Below, one piece after another: positions 1 through 11,001 of a stretch of DNA of 64,000 nucleotides. The first letter of the stretch is position 1; each line of letters opens with the position of its first letter. A program made the translations under genes and the position numbers. Origin of the DNA: Pseudomonas aeruginosa PAO1. GTDB lineage: Bacteria > Pseudomonadota > Gammaproteobacteria > Pseudomonadales > Pseudomonadaceae. The stretch lies in NCBI RefSeq assembly GCF_000006765.1, contig NC_002516.2, one strand, 5' to 3'. The notes beneath the pieces are model-generated. The model saw nothing but the letters and a program-made list of their open reading frames with translations, did not search any database and was not told the origin of the DNA.

Positions 1-361
1 GCATGCCTATCTTCTGCCGGCAGCCGGGGAGCGAGGAACAACGAAGGTCCTCGCCGTTCAGGTTGATGCCCACCTCCAGGTCCGAGCCCAATGCGCCCTG
101 GCCGTCCGGACTGAGATAGAAATAGACGTCCTCAGGTCCGGTGTTTTCGCGCTCCTGGTAACACCTGACGGAGAAATCGTAGGTTGGAGAGCGCCAGAGC
201 ACGGTGTCCTTGGGCAGAGCCGAAGGCACGGCGATGCTCGTGTCGATGTTGACATAGTCGATCGTTGCCTTGTTGTCCGCTCTTTCGCAGGTCAGCGCAT
301 AACCTTTCTGCGCCAACGCAACCAGCATTCCCACAAGTAGTGTTCGGGTAATTGCATTCAT
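1..361 (-). CDS. Fimbrial adhesin-like protein, 5' part, runs off the window (PA0498-like)
   Basis: Not in the ORF track; translated by hand from ATG at 361: MNAITRTLLVGMLVALAQKGYA-LTCERADNKATIDYVNIDTSIAVPSALPKDTVLWRSP... Signal peptide, early Cys and beta-rich adhesin-like pattern; directly downstream of a pilus chaperone. Confidence 0.75.
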   Translation of the reverse strand, partial: MNAITRTLLVGMLVALAQKGYALTCERADNKATIDYVNIDTSIAVPSALPKDTVLWRSPTYDFSVRCYQERENTGPEDVYFYLSPDGQGALGSDLEVGINLNGEDLRCSSLPGCRQKIGM

Positions 362-376
362 GGTGTATTCCGGGCC

Positions 377-1120
377 TCATGGGTGTTTGGCGTTGGTCTC
401 TACGCCTGATTTCAATGCGCCGTGATAAGGGTGGAGGTTCCCTCCGTCGCTGACGATCGCGTAACGCACTTTGTCGGGATGGCAGGCGGCGATGTCGAAC
501 TGGTGATTGGAGAAGGGCGCCAGCATCAGGTGTTCGATGGCTTCGCCGCAGCTCCGCTCCGATGCGTCGAGGAACTCCAACTGGCTGAAGGTGATGTGGT
601 AGGGCGAAGGATTGTGTGCCTTCGGATTGCCGCTGGTGCCGAGCGTCCACGTCACGCCCTCGATCGCCTGCTCGACGGTGGCTTCCAGGGGCGGCCGATA
701 GAACAGCTTGAAGCGATGGCGTAGGGCGATCTGCAGGGTCTCGGGAGTACTGGGCGCGTGCGGCACGTCCAGCACGCTCAACAGCAGGTAGGTCTCGCGG
801 TCGGTGGGCAGGCCCTGGCCCTGGTAGAGCACCTCCACCTTGGCCCGCTGGCCGGCGCCCAGGCGGAGCAGCGGCCTGGACACGGCGAAGGGCAGCGCCT
901 GCCCCTTGCCGTCGGTACCCCAATCCAGGGAGATTTCCGCCAGGGCCGGCTCCTTGCCCTCGTTGACCAGCGTGATCGGCAGGCGCTTGCCTTTCATCAC
1001 GAAACGGTTCTGGCCGTCGAACGAGAGATCGGCATGGGCGGACATGCACAGCCAGGCGAATATCGATGCAAGAACCATCCGAAGCCGACTTCGGACCTGG
1101 AAGAGGCGCTTTCCATTCAT
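377..1120 (-). CDS. PapD-family pilus assembly chaperone (PA0499-like)
   Basis: Motifs NRFVM..ITLVNEG, PFAVSRPLLRL, DRETYLLLSVLDVP, RHRFKLFYRP, NPSPYHITF. Start 1120 chosen because a signal peptide follows (..SAHA/DL); track start 1252 and ATG 1078 are alternatives. Confidence 0.88.
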   Translation of the reverse strand: MNGKRLFQVRSRLRMVLASIFAWLCMSAHADLSFDGQNRFVMKGKRLPITLVNEGKEPALAEISLDWGTDGKGQALPFAVSRPLLRLGAGQRAKVEVLYQGQGLPTDRETYLLLSVLDVPHAPSTPETLQIALRHRFKLFYRPPLEATVEQAIEGVTWTLGTSGNPKAHNPSPYHITFSQLEFLDASERSCGEAIEHLMLAPFSNHQFDIAACHPDKVRYAIVSDGGNLHPYHGALKSGVETNAKHP

Positions 1121-1352
1121 ATTCCTGAATGTGCCCGAATGAAACCCGTATCGTGTTTTGGAAAGTGGTTGGTCGGAAGGGTCGAATATATTTTTCGTTA
1201 TACTTCCGCTGCGCTTTGAATGGCTATATTTAGGGTGGTTGGTTGCGTTCATGGTTCAAGTCTGGATAACTTGTTTTCGTTGCGCACCGCTAGGGTGGCA
1301 AGAGATTCAATGTTTCTCCATGTTAGAAACCTGCCAGGGAATATATAAATAA

Positions 1353-1384
1353 GATATTTCCTATTTCTTGTAGGAAATATCCTA
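1353..1384. promoter_or_regulatory. Inverted repeat in the AT-rich region upstream of the fimbrial cassette
   Basis: GATATTTCCTA-N7-TAGGAAATATC (1353-1381, perfect 11-bp arms), overlapping TAGGA-AATA-TCCTA (1371-1384). Confidence 0.5.
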
Positions 1385-1515
1385 AGCATTACTTGTAGTT
1401 TTCCGAGGTAGTTGCGCCGTTTCTTCTAGGGAGCCGAATGCCACATAGAGGACGAGGCCGATTGGAGCAGTCGATGACTACTGGCTTCTACATGAATGAT
1501 CAAATATTGATCAGA

Positions 1516-1567
1516 TGTAGTCCTGTGTCCTGGGTTGGGTTGACAGCGTCATACAGCCACTTATGAT
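1516..1567 (+). promoter_or_regulatory. bio operon sigma70 promoter with overlapping BirA-type operator
   Basis: TTGACA 1540-1545, 16-bp spacer, TATGAT 1562-1567; TGTAGTCC-N14-GGTTGACA (1516-1545) resembles the BirA dyad TGTAAACC-N14-16-GGTTTACA. Confidence 0.65.
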
Positions 1568-1643
1568 GCCCTTGAGCCTGACCCCCGGCGTGCCGGGGCT
1601 CCCCGACAAAAGGCGCCATACAAGCGTCGAAGGAATCTTCCCC

Positions 1644-2702
1644 ATGAGTGCAACCGCTTCCGTCGCCACCCGTCACGACTGGTCCCTCGCCGAAGTCCGT
1701 GCCCTGTTCGAGCAACCGTTCAACGACCTGCTGTTCCAGGCGCAGACGGTGCATCGCGCGCACTTCGACCCGAACCGCGTGCAGGTCTCGACGCTGCTGT
1801 CGATCAAGACCGGCGCCTGCCCCGAGGACTGCAAGTACTGCCCGCAGTCCGGCCACTACAACACCGGCCTGGACAAGGAGAAGCTGATGGAGGTGCAGAA
1901 GGTCCTCGAGGCGGCGGCCGAGGCCAAGGCCATCGGTTCGACCCGCTTCTGCATGGGCGCTGCCTGGAAGCACCCGTCGGCCAAGGACATGCCCTACGTC
2001 CTGGAGATGGTCAAGGGCGTGAAGAAGCTCGGCCTGGAGACCTGCATGACCCTCGGTCGCCTGACCCAGGAACAGACCCAGGCGCTGGCGGACGCCGGCC
2101 TCGACTACTACAACCACAACCTGGATACCTCGCCGGAGTTCTACGGCAACATCATCACCACCCGCACCTACAGCGAGCGCCTGCAGACCCTGGCCTACGT
2201 GCGCGAGGCGGGGATGAAGATCTGCTCCGGCGGCATCCTCGGCATGGGCGAGTCGGTGGACGACCGCGCCGGCCTGCTGATCCAACTGGCGAACCTGCCG
2301 GAGCACCCGGAGTCGGTGCCGATCAACATGCTGGTGAAGGTCAAGGGCACGCCCCTGGCGGAAGAGAAGGACGTCGATCCCTTCGACTTCATCCGCACCC
2401 TGGCGGTGGCCCGGATCATGATGCCGAAGTCCCACGTGCGCCTGTCCGCCGGCCGCGAGCAGATGAACGAGCAGATGCAGGCGCTGGCCTTCATGGCCGG
2501 GGCCAACTCGATCTTCTACGGCGAAAAGCTGCTGACCACGAAGAACCCGCAGGCCGAAAAGGACATGCAGTTGTTCGCCCGTCTCGGCATCAAGCCGGAA
2601 GAGCGCGAAGAGCACGCCGACGAAGTGCACCAGGCCGCCATCGAGCAGGCGTTGGTGGAACAACGCGAATCGAAGCTGTTCTATAACGCCGCTTCCGCCT
2701 GA
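1644..2702 (+). CDS. bioB: Biotin synthase
   Basis: Radical [31 protein letters not shown]; 352 aa from ATG 1644 after an AGGA RBS. Confidence 0.98.
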   Translation: MSATASVATRHDWSLAEVRALFEQPFNDLLFQAQTVHRAHFDPNRVQVSTLLSIKTGACPEDCKYCPQSGHYNTGLDKEKLMEVQKVLEAAAEAKAIGSTRFCMGAAWKHPSAKDMPYVLEMVKGVKKLGLETCMTLGRLTQEQTQALADAGLDYYNHNLDTSPEFYGNIITTRTYSERLQTLAYVREAGMKICSGGILGMGESVDDRAGLLIQLANLPEHPESVPINMLVKVKGTPLAEEKDVDPFDFIRTLAVARIMMPKSHVRLSAGREQMNEQMQALAFMAGANSIFYGEKLLTTKNPQAEKDMQLFARLGIKPEEREEHADEVHQAAIEQALVEQRESKLFYNAASA

Positions 2703-2807
2703 CCATACTGGAAGGGAGGGTGCCGCCGTCCCTTCGTTGCAGCCGCTGATGTCGGCCCTGCGTGGACGGGTGCGCCTGCGTCCGTCCAGCAACACGAGCG
2801 ACCTGCC

Positions 2808-4013
2808 ATGTCCTTCGATCTCGCTTCCCGCCTCGCCAGCCGGCGCGCGGAAGACCTCTACCGCCAGCGGCCGCTGCTGGAGTCGGCCCAGGGCCCGGAC
2901 GTCGTGGTCGACGGCCAGCCGCTGCTGGCCTTCTGTTCCAACGACTACCTCGGCCTGGCCAACCATCCCGAGGTGATCGCCGCGCTGCGCGCCGGCGCCG
3001 AGCGCTGGGGCGTGGGCGGTGGCGCCTCGCACCTGGTGGTCGGCCACAGCGGCCCGCACCACGAACTGGAGCTGGCCCTCGCCGAATTCACCGGGCGGCC
3101 GCGCGCGCTGCTGTTCTCCACCGGCTACATGGCCAATCTCGGCGCGGTGGCCGCGCTGGTCGGCAAGGGCGACACGGTGCTGGAGGACCGCCTCAACCAC
3201 GCTTCGCTGCTGGATGCCGGATTGCTCTCCGGCGCGCGTTTCTCGCGCTACCTGCACAACGACCCGGCAAGCCTCGCCGCGCGCCTGGACAAGGCCGAGG
3301 GCAATACCCTGGTGGTCACCGACGGGGTCTTCAGCATGGACGGCAATCTCGCCGACCTGCCGGCCCTGGCCGCCGTCGCGCAGGCCCGCGGCGCCTGGCT
3401 GATGGTCGACGACGCGCATGGCTTCGGCCCGCTGGGCGCCAGCGGCGGCGGGATCGTCGAACACTTCGGCCTCGGCCAGGAGCAGGTGCCGGTGCTGATC
3501 GGCACCCTCGGCAAGGGTTTCGGTACCGCCGGCGCCTTCGTAGCGGGCAGCGAGGAACTGATCGAGACCCTGATCCAGTACGCCCGGCCCTACATCTACA
3601 CCACCAGCCAGCCGCCAGCGGTGGCCTGCGCCACCCTGAAGAGCCTGGAGCTGCTGCGCCGCGAAAGCTGGCGGCGGCAACACCTGGCGGCGCTGATCGC
3701 CCGTTTCCGCCATGGCGCCGAGGCGCTTGGCCTGACCCTGATGGACAGCTTCACGCCGATCCAGCCGATCCTGGTCGGCGGCAGCCGCCAGGCCGTGGCC
3801 CTGGCCGGCATGCTTCGAGCCCGTGGCATCATGGTCGGCGCGATCCGCCCGCCAACCGTGCCGGCCAACAGCGCGCGGCTGCGCGTCACGCTGTCCGCCG
3901 CGCACAGCGAAGCGCAGGTCGACCGCTTGCTCGAAGCCCTCGGCGAAAGCTGGCGACAGCTGTCGTCTAGCCTTCTGGCAGAGATCGAAGCCGAGGAGGG
4001 AGACGATGCGTGA
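2808..4013 (+). CDS. bioF: 8-amino-7-oxononanoate synthase
   Basis: [35 protein letters not shown] lysine. Confidence 0.97.
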   Translation: MSFDLASRLASRRAEDLYRQRPLLESAQGPDVVVDGQPLLAFCSNDYLGLANHPEVIAALRAGAERWGVGGGASHLVVGHSGPHHELELALAEFTGRPRALLFSTGYMANLGAVAALVGKGDTVLEDRLNHASLLDAGLLSGARFSRYLHNDPASLAARLDKAEGNTLVVTDGVFSMDGNLADLPALAAVAQARGAWLMVDDAHGFGPLGASGGGIVEHFGLGQEQVPVLIGTLGKGFGTAGAFVAGSEELIETLIQYARPYIYTTSQPPAVACATLKSLELLRRESWRRQHLAALIARFRHGAEALGLTLMDSFTPIQPILVGGSRQAVALAGMLRARGIMVGAIRPPTVPANSARLRVTLSAAHSEAQVDRLLEALGESWRQLSSSLLAEIEAEEGDDA

Positions 4014-4728
4014 CCACTTGATCCTGTTGCCGGGCTGGGGCCTGGGTAGCGCACCGCTGGAACCGCTGCGCGACGCGCTGCACGAGCGCGAGCCGCACCT
4101 GAACGTGTTGATCGAGCCGCTGCCGTCGCTGGACGACGCCGCCGACTGGCTCGACGAACTCGACGATAACCTGCCGCGCGATAGCTGGCTGGCCGGCTGG
4201 TCGCTGGGAGGCATGCTCGCCGGCGAACTGGCGGCGCGCCGCGGCGACGATTGCCGGGGACTGCTGACCCTGGCCAGCAATCCGTGCTTCCGCGTGCGCG
4301 AGGACTGGCCGAACGCGATGCCGGCGGAAACCTTCGAGGACTTCTTCGAGGCTTTCCTGCTCGAACCGCACCTGACCCGCAAGCGTTTCACCCTGCTGGT
4401 CAGCCAGGGTGCGCGCGACCCTCGGACCCTGGCGCGGCAACTGCAGGTGGCGCTGCCGCAGCTGGAGCGCGAGGCGCTGGTCGCCGGCCTGCAGTTGCTC
4501 GGCCAACTGGATACCCGGGCCGCCCTGGAAAACTTCCGCGGGCCGCAATTGCACCTGTTCGCCGAAGCCGATGCGCTGGTGCCGCTGGCCGCCGCCGAGG
4601 CCCTGCTCGAGTGGCTGCCGGACGTCGAGGTCTCGACCCTGGCGGCCAGTCACGGCCTGCCGCTGGAATGCCCGGACGAGGTGGCCGGCGCAATCCTGAG
4701 ATTCCTTCGCGAGGGTGACGATGCCTGA
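4006..4728 (+). CDS. bioH: Pimeloyl-ACP methyl ester esterase
   Basis: LLPGWG, GWSLGG nucleophile elbow, SHG; ATG overlaps the bioF end. Confidence 0.93.
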   Translation: MRDHLILLPGWGLGSAPLEPLRDALHEREPHLNVLIEPLPSLDDAADWLDELDDNLPRDSWLAGWSLGGMLAGELAARRGDDCRGLLTLASNPCFRVREDWPNAMPAETFEDFFEAFLLEPHLTRKRFTLLVSQGARDPRTLARQLQVALPQLEREALVAGLQLLGQLDTRAALENFRGPQLHLFAEADALVPLAAAEALLEWLPDVEVSTLAASHGLPLECPDEVAGAILRFLREGDDA

Positions 4729-5545
4729 CGATTCCTCGCCGCTGCTGGCGCCCCATGGCGTTGCCGCGCTGCCCGACAAGCGCCAGGTCGCCGCGTCGTT
4801 TTCCCGCGCGGCGGCCAGCTACGACGCGGTGGCCGAACTCCAGCGCGGCGTCGGTGAGAGCCTGCTGTCGGCATTGCCGGAAGGCTTCTCGCCGCGCCGC
4901 TGGGTCGATCTCGGCTGCGGCACCGGTTATTTCAGCCGGGCCCTGGAACGACGCTTCGGTGCGGCCGAGGGCCTGGCCGTGGATATCGCCGAAGGCATGC
5001 TGCGGCATGCCCGAGCGCGCGGCGGCGCCAGCCATTTCATCGGCGGCGACGCCGAGAGGCTGCCGTTGCGCGACGGCAGTTGCGACCTGCTGTTCTCCAG
5101 CCTGGCCATCCAGTGGTGCGCCGACCTCCCGGCGGTCCTGGCCGAGGCGCGGCGGGTCCTGCGGCCGGGCGGCGTGCTGGCGTTCAGCAGCCTGTGCGTC
5201 GGTACCCTGGGCGAGTTGCGCGACAGTTGGCGGGTGGTGGACGGCTTCGTCCACGTCAATCGCTTCCGCGCCTTCGCCGACTACCTGCAACACGCGGCCG
5301 GCAGCGGCCTGCTGCCGCTGACCCTGCGCCACGAGGACCGGCTCCTGCATTTCCCCGACCTGCGCAGCCTGACCCACGAACTCAAGGCGCTGGGCGCGCA
5401 CAACCTCAACCCCGGGCGGCCCGACGGCCTGACCGGGCGCCAGCGCATCCGCGCGCTGGTCGCCGCCTACGAGCGTTTCCGCCAGCCCGAGGGGCTGCCC
5501 GCTACCTACCGCGTCGTCTTCGGCGTGCTGCGCAAGGATTCCTGA
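4721..5545 (+). CDS. bioC: Malonyl-ACP O-methyltransferase
   Basis: [23 protein letters not shown] motif, [17 protein letters not shown]. Confidence 0.96.
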   Translation: MPDDSSPLLAPHGVAALPDKRQVAASFSRAAASYDAVAELQRGVGESLLSALPEGFSPRRWVDLGCGTGYFSRALERRFGAAEGLAVDIAEGMLRHARARGGASHFIGGDAERLPLRDGSCDLLFSSLAIQWCADLPAVLAEARRVLRPGGVLAFSSLCVGTLGELRDSWRVVDGFVHVNRFRAFADYLQHAAGSGLLPLTLRHEDRLLHFPDLRSLTHELKALGAHNLNPGRPDGLTGRQRIRALVAAYERFRQPEGLPATYRVVFGVLRKDS

Positions 5546-5548
5546 ACC

Positions 5549-6235
5549 ATGCCGGCGTTCTTCGTCACCGGTACCGACACCGAGATCGGCAAGACCACCA
5601 TCGCCGCCGGCCTGCTCCACGCGGCCCGGAGTGCCGGCCTGAGCACCGCCGCGGCGAAGCCGGTGGCCTCCGGCTGCGAGCCCACGGCGCAAGGCCTGCG
5701 CAATGGCGACGCGTTGGTGTTGCTCGGCCAGTGCTCGCTGGCGCTGGCCTACGAGCAGGTCAACCCGCTGGCCTTCGCACCGGCCATCGCCCCGCACCTG
5801 GCGGCGCGCGAGGCTGGCGTCGAACTGAGCGCCGCACGCTTGCACGAGGCGGTGCGCGAGGTGCTGGCGCTACAGGCCGACTTCACCCTGGTGGAGGGCG
5901 CCGGCGGATGGCGCGTGCCGTTGCTGGGCCGCGAGAACCTGTCCGACCTGGCGCGCCTGCTGGCGCTGCCGGTGGTGCTGGTGGTCGGCGTGCGCCTGGG
6001 CTGTATCAACCATGCGCTGCTCAGCGCCGAGGCGATCCTGGGCGACGGCCTGGCGCTGGCCGGCTGGGTGGCCAACGTCGTCGACCCGGCTACCTCGCGC
6101 CTGGAAGAGAACCTGGCGACCCTCGCCGAACGCCTGCCGGCGCCCTGCCTGGGTCGGGTACCGCGCCTGGAGGAAGCCACTCCCGCGGCCGTGGCCGCGC
6201 ACCTCGACCTGCGGCCCCTGGGTATCGGGCTATAA
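5549..6235 (+). CDS. bioD: Dethiobiotin synthetase
   Basis: TGTDTEIGKT, KPVASG, VEGAGG, LGCINHA. Confidence 0.97.
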   Translation: MPAFFVTGTDTEIGKTTIAAGLLHAARSAGLSTAAAKPVASGCEPTAQGLRNGDALVLLGQCSLALAYEQVNPLAFAPAIAPHLAAREAGVELSAARLHEAVREVLALQADFTLVEGAGGWRVPLLGRENLSDLARLLALPVVLVVGVRLGCINHALLSAEAILGDGLALAGWVANVVDPATSRLEENLATLAERLPAPCLGRVPRLEEATPAAVAAHLDLRPLGIGL

Positions 6236-6343
6236 ACAGCGGGCCGTCCATAACCAACGGGCGGTACCCAGCGCCGGCCAAGTCTGCTTGAATAGAAGCC
6301 ACTTGCTATCGCAGTGGCGCATGCGCGTCCCCAGGAGTAGAGG

Positions 6344-6574
6344 GTGGAAATTTCCGGCAACGCTTTCGTCAGTGGCCTCAACGCGGTGCAGTCGGGCAGC
6401 GCCCGCGTCGCCCAGGCCGGCAGCGAGATCGCCCGCAATACCGTGGAGGCCCGTTCGGCCCAGGCCGAGCAGATGGTCGAACTGACCCGCGGCAAGCTCG
6501 AGGCGCAGAGCGGCGCCCGGGTCATCGAGGTAGCCGACGAGACCCTCGGTACCCTGATCGATACCCACGCCTGA
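6344..6574 (+). CDS. 76-aa hypothetical protein resembling flagellar rod/hook terminal segments (PA0505-like)
   Basis: GTG start after AGGAG/GAGG; good codon bias. N-terminal SGLNAVQ..IA and C-terminal MVEL..A..I.VADETLGTLID resemble Flg_bb_rod/Flg_bbr_C patterns (function is inference). Confidence 0.75.
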   Translation: MEISGNAFVSGLNAVQSGSARVAQAGSEIARNTVEARSAQAEQMVELTRGKLEAQSGARVIEVADETLGTLIDTHA

Positions 6575-6747
6575 CTTCCTGGCGGCCGGCAGCGGCCGCC
6601 CCGACCCTTCCTTTTCCGACTGTCACCCGGCGGCCCCTGAAGCCTGCCGGGCGCTTCGCCATGGGCTTTACTGAGAGAGACGAAAGTGCTTTGGAAGGAC
6701 GTGGCTGCCAGTGATTTCGGGCCTGACCGAGCGGTCGGTTCGGATGC

Positions 6748-6791
6748 TTGACAAGGGATTGGCGTAAACGTATGTTTCAAACGCCTGTTTG
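6748..6791 (+). promoter_or_regulatory. sigma70 promoter overlapped by tandem PsrA-type boxes
   Basis: TTGACA 6748-6753, 17 bp, TATGTT 6771-6776; TAAAC-GTAT-GTTTC (6765-6778) and CAAAC-GCCT-GTTTG (6778-6791) fit the recalled PsrA consensus (G/C)AAAC-N2-4-GTTT(G/C). Confidence 0.75.
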
Positions 6792-6913
6792 AGAGTCGGG
6801 ACGCATGAGTGCGTCCGGCAAGGCGACCGGGAGCGATCCCGCACTGCGACCGCAGACTCTGGACATCCGTCCGGTCGCCGATTAACCAGAACCCTTCGTA
6901 GAGGTTGACTGCT

Positions 6914-8719
6914 ATGCCTGATTACAAGGCCCCCTTGCGTGATATCCGTTTCGTTCGCGACGAGCTGCTGGGCTACGAAGCGCACTACCAGAGCCTGCCG
7001 GGCGCCGAAGACGCGACTCCCGACATGGTCAACGCCATCCTCGAGGAAGGTGCGAAGTTCTGCGAACAGGTGATCGCTCCGCTGAACCGCGTCGGCGACC
7101 TGGAAGGCTGCACCTGGAGCGCCGACGGCGTGAAGACCCCGACCGGCTTCAAGGAGGCCTACCAGCAGTTCGTCGAAGGCGGCTGGCCGAGCCTGGCCCA
7201 TGACGTCGAGCACGGCGGCCAGGGTCTGCCGGAATCCCTCGGCCTGGCCATCAGCGAGATGGTCGGCCAGGCCAACTGGTCCTGGGGCATGTACCCGGGC
7301 CTGTCCCACGGCGCCATGAACACCCTGCATGCCCACGGCACCGCCGAGCAGCAGGCAACCTACCTGACCAAGCTGGTCTCCGGCGAGTGGACCGGCACCA
7401 TGTGCCTGACCGAGCCGCACTGCGGCACCGACCTGGGCATGCTGCGCACCAAGGCCGAGCCGCAGGCCGACGGTAGCTACAAGGTCACCGGCACCAAGAT
7501 CTTCATCTCCGCCGGCGAGCACGACATGGCCGACAACATCGTCCATATCGTCCTGGCCCGCCTGCCCGACGCCCCGCAGGGCACCAAGGGCATCTCGCTG
7601 TTCATCGTGCCGAAGTTCCTGCCCAACGCCGAAGGCAACGCCGGCGAGCGCAACGCGGTTTCCTGCGGTTCCATCGAGCACAAGATGGGCATCCACGGCA
7701 ACGCCACCTGCGTGATGAACTTCGACGCCGCCACCGGCTTCCTGATCGGCCCGCCGAACAAGGGCCTGAACTGCATGTTCACCTTCATGAACACCGCTCG
7801 CCTGGGTACCGCGCTGCAAGGCCTGGCCCATGCCGAAGTCGGTTTCCAGGGCGGCATCGCCTATGCTCGCGAGCGTCTGCAGATGCGCTCGCTGACCGGT
7901 CCGAAGGCGCCCGAGAAGCCCGCCGACCCGATCATCGTGCATCCTGACGTGCGCCGCATGCTGCTGACCATGAAGGCCTTCGCCGAAGGCAACCGCGCGA
8001 TGCTGTACTTCGCCGCCAAGCAGGTCGACATCGTCCAGCGCAGCCAGGACGAAGAGCAGAAGAAAGCCGCCGACTCGATGCTGGCCTTCCTCACGCCGAT
8101 CGCCAAGGCGTTCATGACCGAAGTCGGCTTCGAGTCCGCCAACCACGGCGTGCAGATCTTCGGCGGCCACGGTTTCATCGCCGAGCACGGCATGGAGCAG
8201 AACGTCCGCGACAGCCGCATCTCGATGCTGTACGAAGGCACCACCGGCGTTCAGGCCCTCGACCTGCTGGGTCGCAAGGTGCTGATGACCCAGGGCGAGG
8301 CGCTGAAGGGCTTCACCAAGATCGTGCACAAGTTCTGCCAGGCCAACGAAGCCAACGAAGCCGTCAAGGAATTCGTCGCTCCGCTGGCACAGCTGAACAA
8401 GGAGTGGGGCGACCTGACCATGAAGGTCGGCATGGCCGCCATGAAGGATCGCGAGGAAGTCGGCGCCGCTTCGGTGGACTACCTGATGTACTCCGGCTAC
8501 GCCTGCCTGGCCTACTTCTGGGCCGACATGGCGCGCTTGGCCGCCGAGAAGCTGGCCGCCGGCACCGGCGAGGAAGCCTTCTACAAGGCCAAGCTGCAGA
8601 CCGCGCGCTTCTACTTCCAGCGCATCCTGCCGCGTACCCGCGCCCACGTCGCCGCCATGCTGTCCGGCGCCAACAACCTGATGGAGATGGCCGAGGAAGA
8701 TTTCGCCCTCGGTTACTGA
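6914..8719 (+). CDS. Acyl-CoA dehydrogenase (PA0506, FadE-like)
   Basis: [40 protein letters not shown]; 601 aa. Confidence 0.96.
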   Translation: MPDYKAPLRDIRFVRDELLGYEAHYQSLPGAEDATPDMVNAILEEGAKFCEQVIAPLNRVGDLEGCTWSADGVKTPTGFKEAYQQFVEGGWPSLAHDVEHGGQGLPESLGLAISEMVGQANWSWGMYPGLSHGAMNTLHAHGTAEQQATYLTKLVSGEWTGTMCLTEPHCGTDLGMLRTKAEPQADGSYKVTGTKIFISAGEHDMADNIVHIVLARLPDAPQGTKGISLFIVPKFLPNAEGNAGERNAVSCGSIEHKMGIHGNATCVMNFDAATGFLIGPPNKGLNCMFTFMNTARLGTALQGLAHAEVGFQGGIAYARERLQMRSLTGPKAPEKPADPIIVHPDVRRMLLTMKAFAEGNRAMLYFAAKQVDIVQRSQDEEQKKAADSMLAFLTPIAKAFMTEVGFESANHGVQIFGGHGFIAEHGMEQNVRDSRISMLYEGTTGVQALDLLGRKVLMTQGEALKGFTKIVHKFCQANEANEAVKEFVAPLAQLNKEWGDLTMKVGMAAMKDREEVGAASVDYLMYSGYACLAYFWADMARLAAEKLAAGTGEEAFYKAKLQTARFYFQRILPRTRAHVAAMLSGANNLMEMAEEDFALGY

Positions 8720-8756
8720 TGGCACGGGCCGCTGGCGGCCCGTTCCCCAGGTGAGA

Positions 8757-8783
8757 AAGAGCCCGCCCTTCGGCGGGCTTTTT
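8757..8783 (+). terminator. Intrinsic terminator
   Basis: GCCCGCC-CTTC-GGCGGGC followed by TTTTT. Confidence 0.85.
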
Positions 8784-8931
8784 CATGCCTGCGATCCGCT
8801 GCATCCTGGCCTTCCGACCTCGGGGTTATGGCGTTGCATTCAGCGTCCGCAGCGTGATTGTAGGCGCCCGCCCGGCGCAGTAGCTTCGAGGGATTCGCGC
8901 CTGTGGGGCGCCCCTGCCGAGGAGAACAGAG

Positions 8932-10728
<1,797 letters not shown>

Positions 10729-10814
10729 CGGCTGCCGGGGCAGGGGCGCGGCGCTTCTTCCCCCGGTTTCTCCCGCACCCGCCGGGCCCGTCGGACTCCC
10801 GGCGAACTCGCTCG

Positions 10815-10838
10815 AGCCCGCGAAAAGCGGGCTTTCTC
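10815..10838 (+). terminator. Probable intrinsic terminator
   Basis: AGCCCGC-GAAAA-GCGGGCT then TTCTC (weak U tract). Confidence 0.6.
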
Positions 10839-11001
10839 ATGCCTGTCGCATAGAAGACCGATATAGACTTAATGGTCACGACGTGACGCTACAAGTCCGA
10901 AATGTTGGTGGTGTAGACTCGGCCGCGGCACGCCTTTCGTGCCTCCATTTTGTTGCCGCTGGCCCCCGGCCGGCGATCGGTACGATCGAGGATTCCCCCA
11001 C

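Noticed and set aside
132-1049. 305-aa minus-strand ORF spanning the chaperone and adhesin
   Set aside because: Off-frame, Arg/Pro/Ala-rich; the real adhesin starts at 361 in another frame.
1158-1352. 64-aa ORF in the AT-rich leader
   Set aside because: No RBS or motif; lies in probable promoter DNA and overlaps the extended chaperone frame.
1500-4391. 963-aa minus-strand ORF, and similar long antisense ORFs (6668-8725, 8713-10662, 10876-12714, 45802-46986, 48070-50100)
   Set aside because: Shadows of GC3-biased genes on the opposite strand, which has few stops; no motifs, and they fully overlap well-recognised genes.
6233-6253. Possible FliA promoter (TAAA...GTCCATAA) for the flagellar-like microprotein
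   Set aside because: Spacing is 9 nt rather than about 15 and the -10 has mismatches; not supportable.
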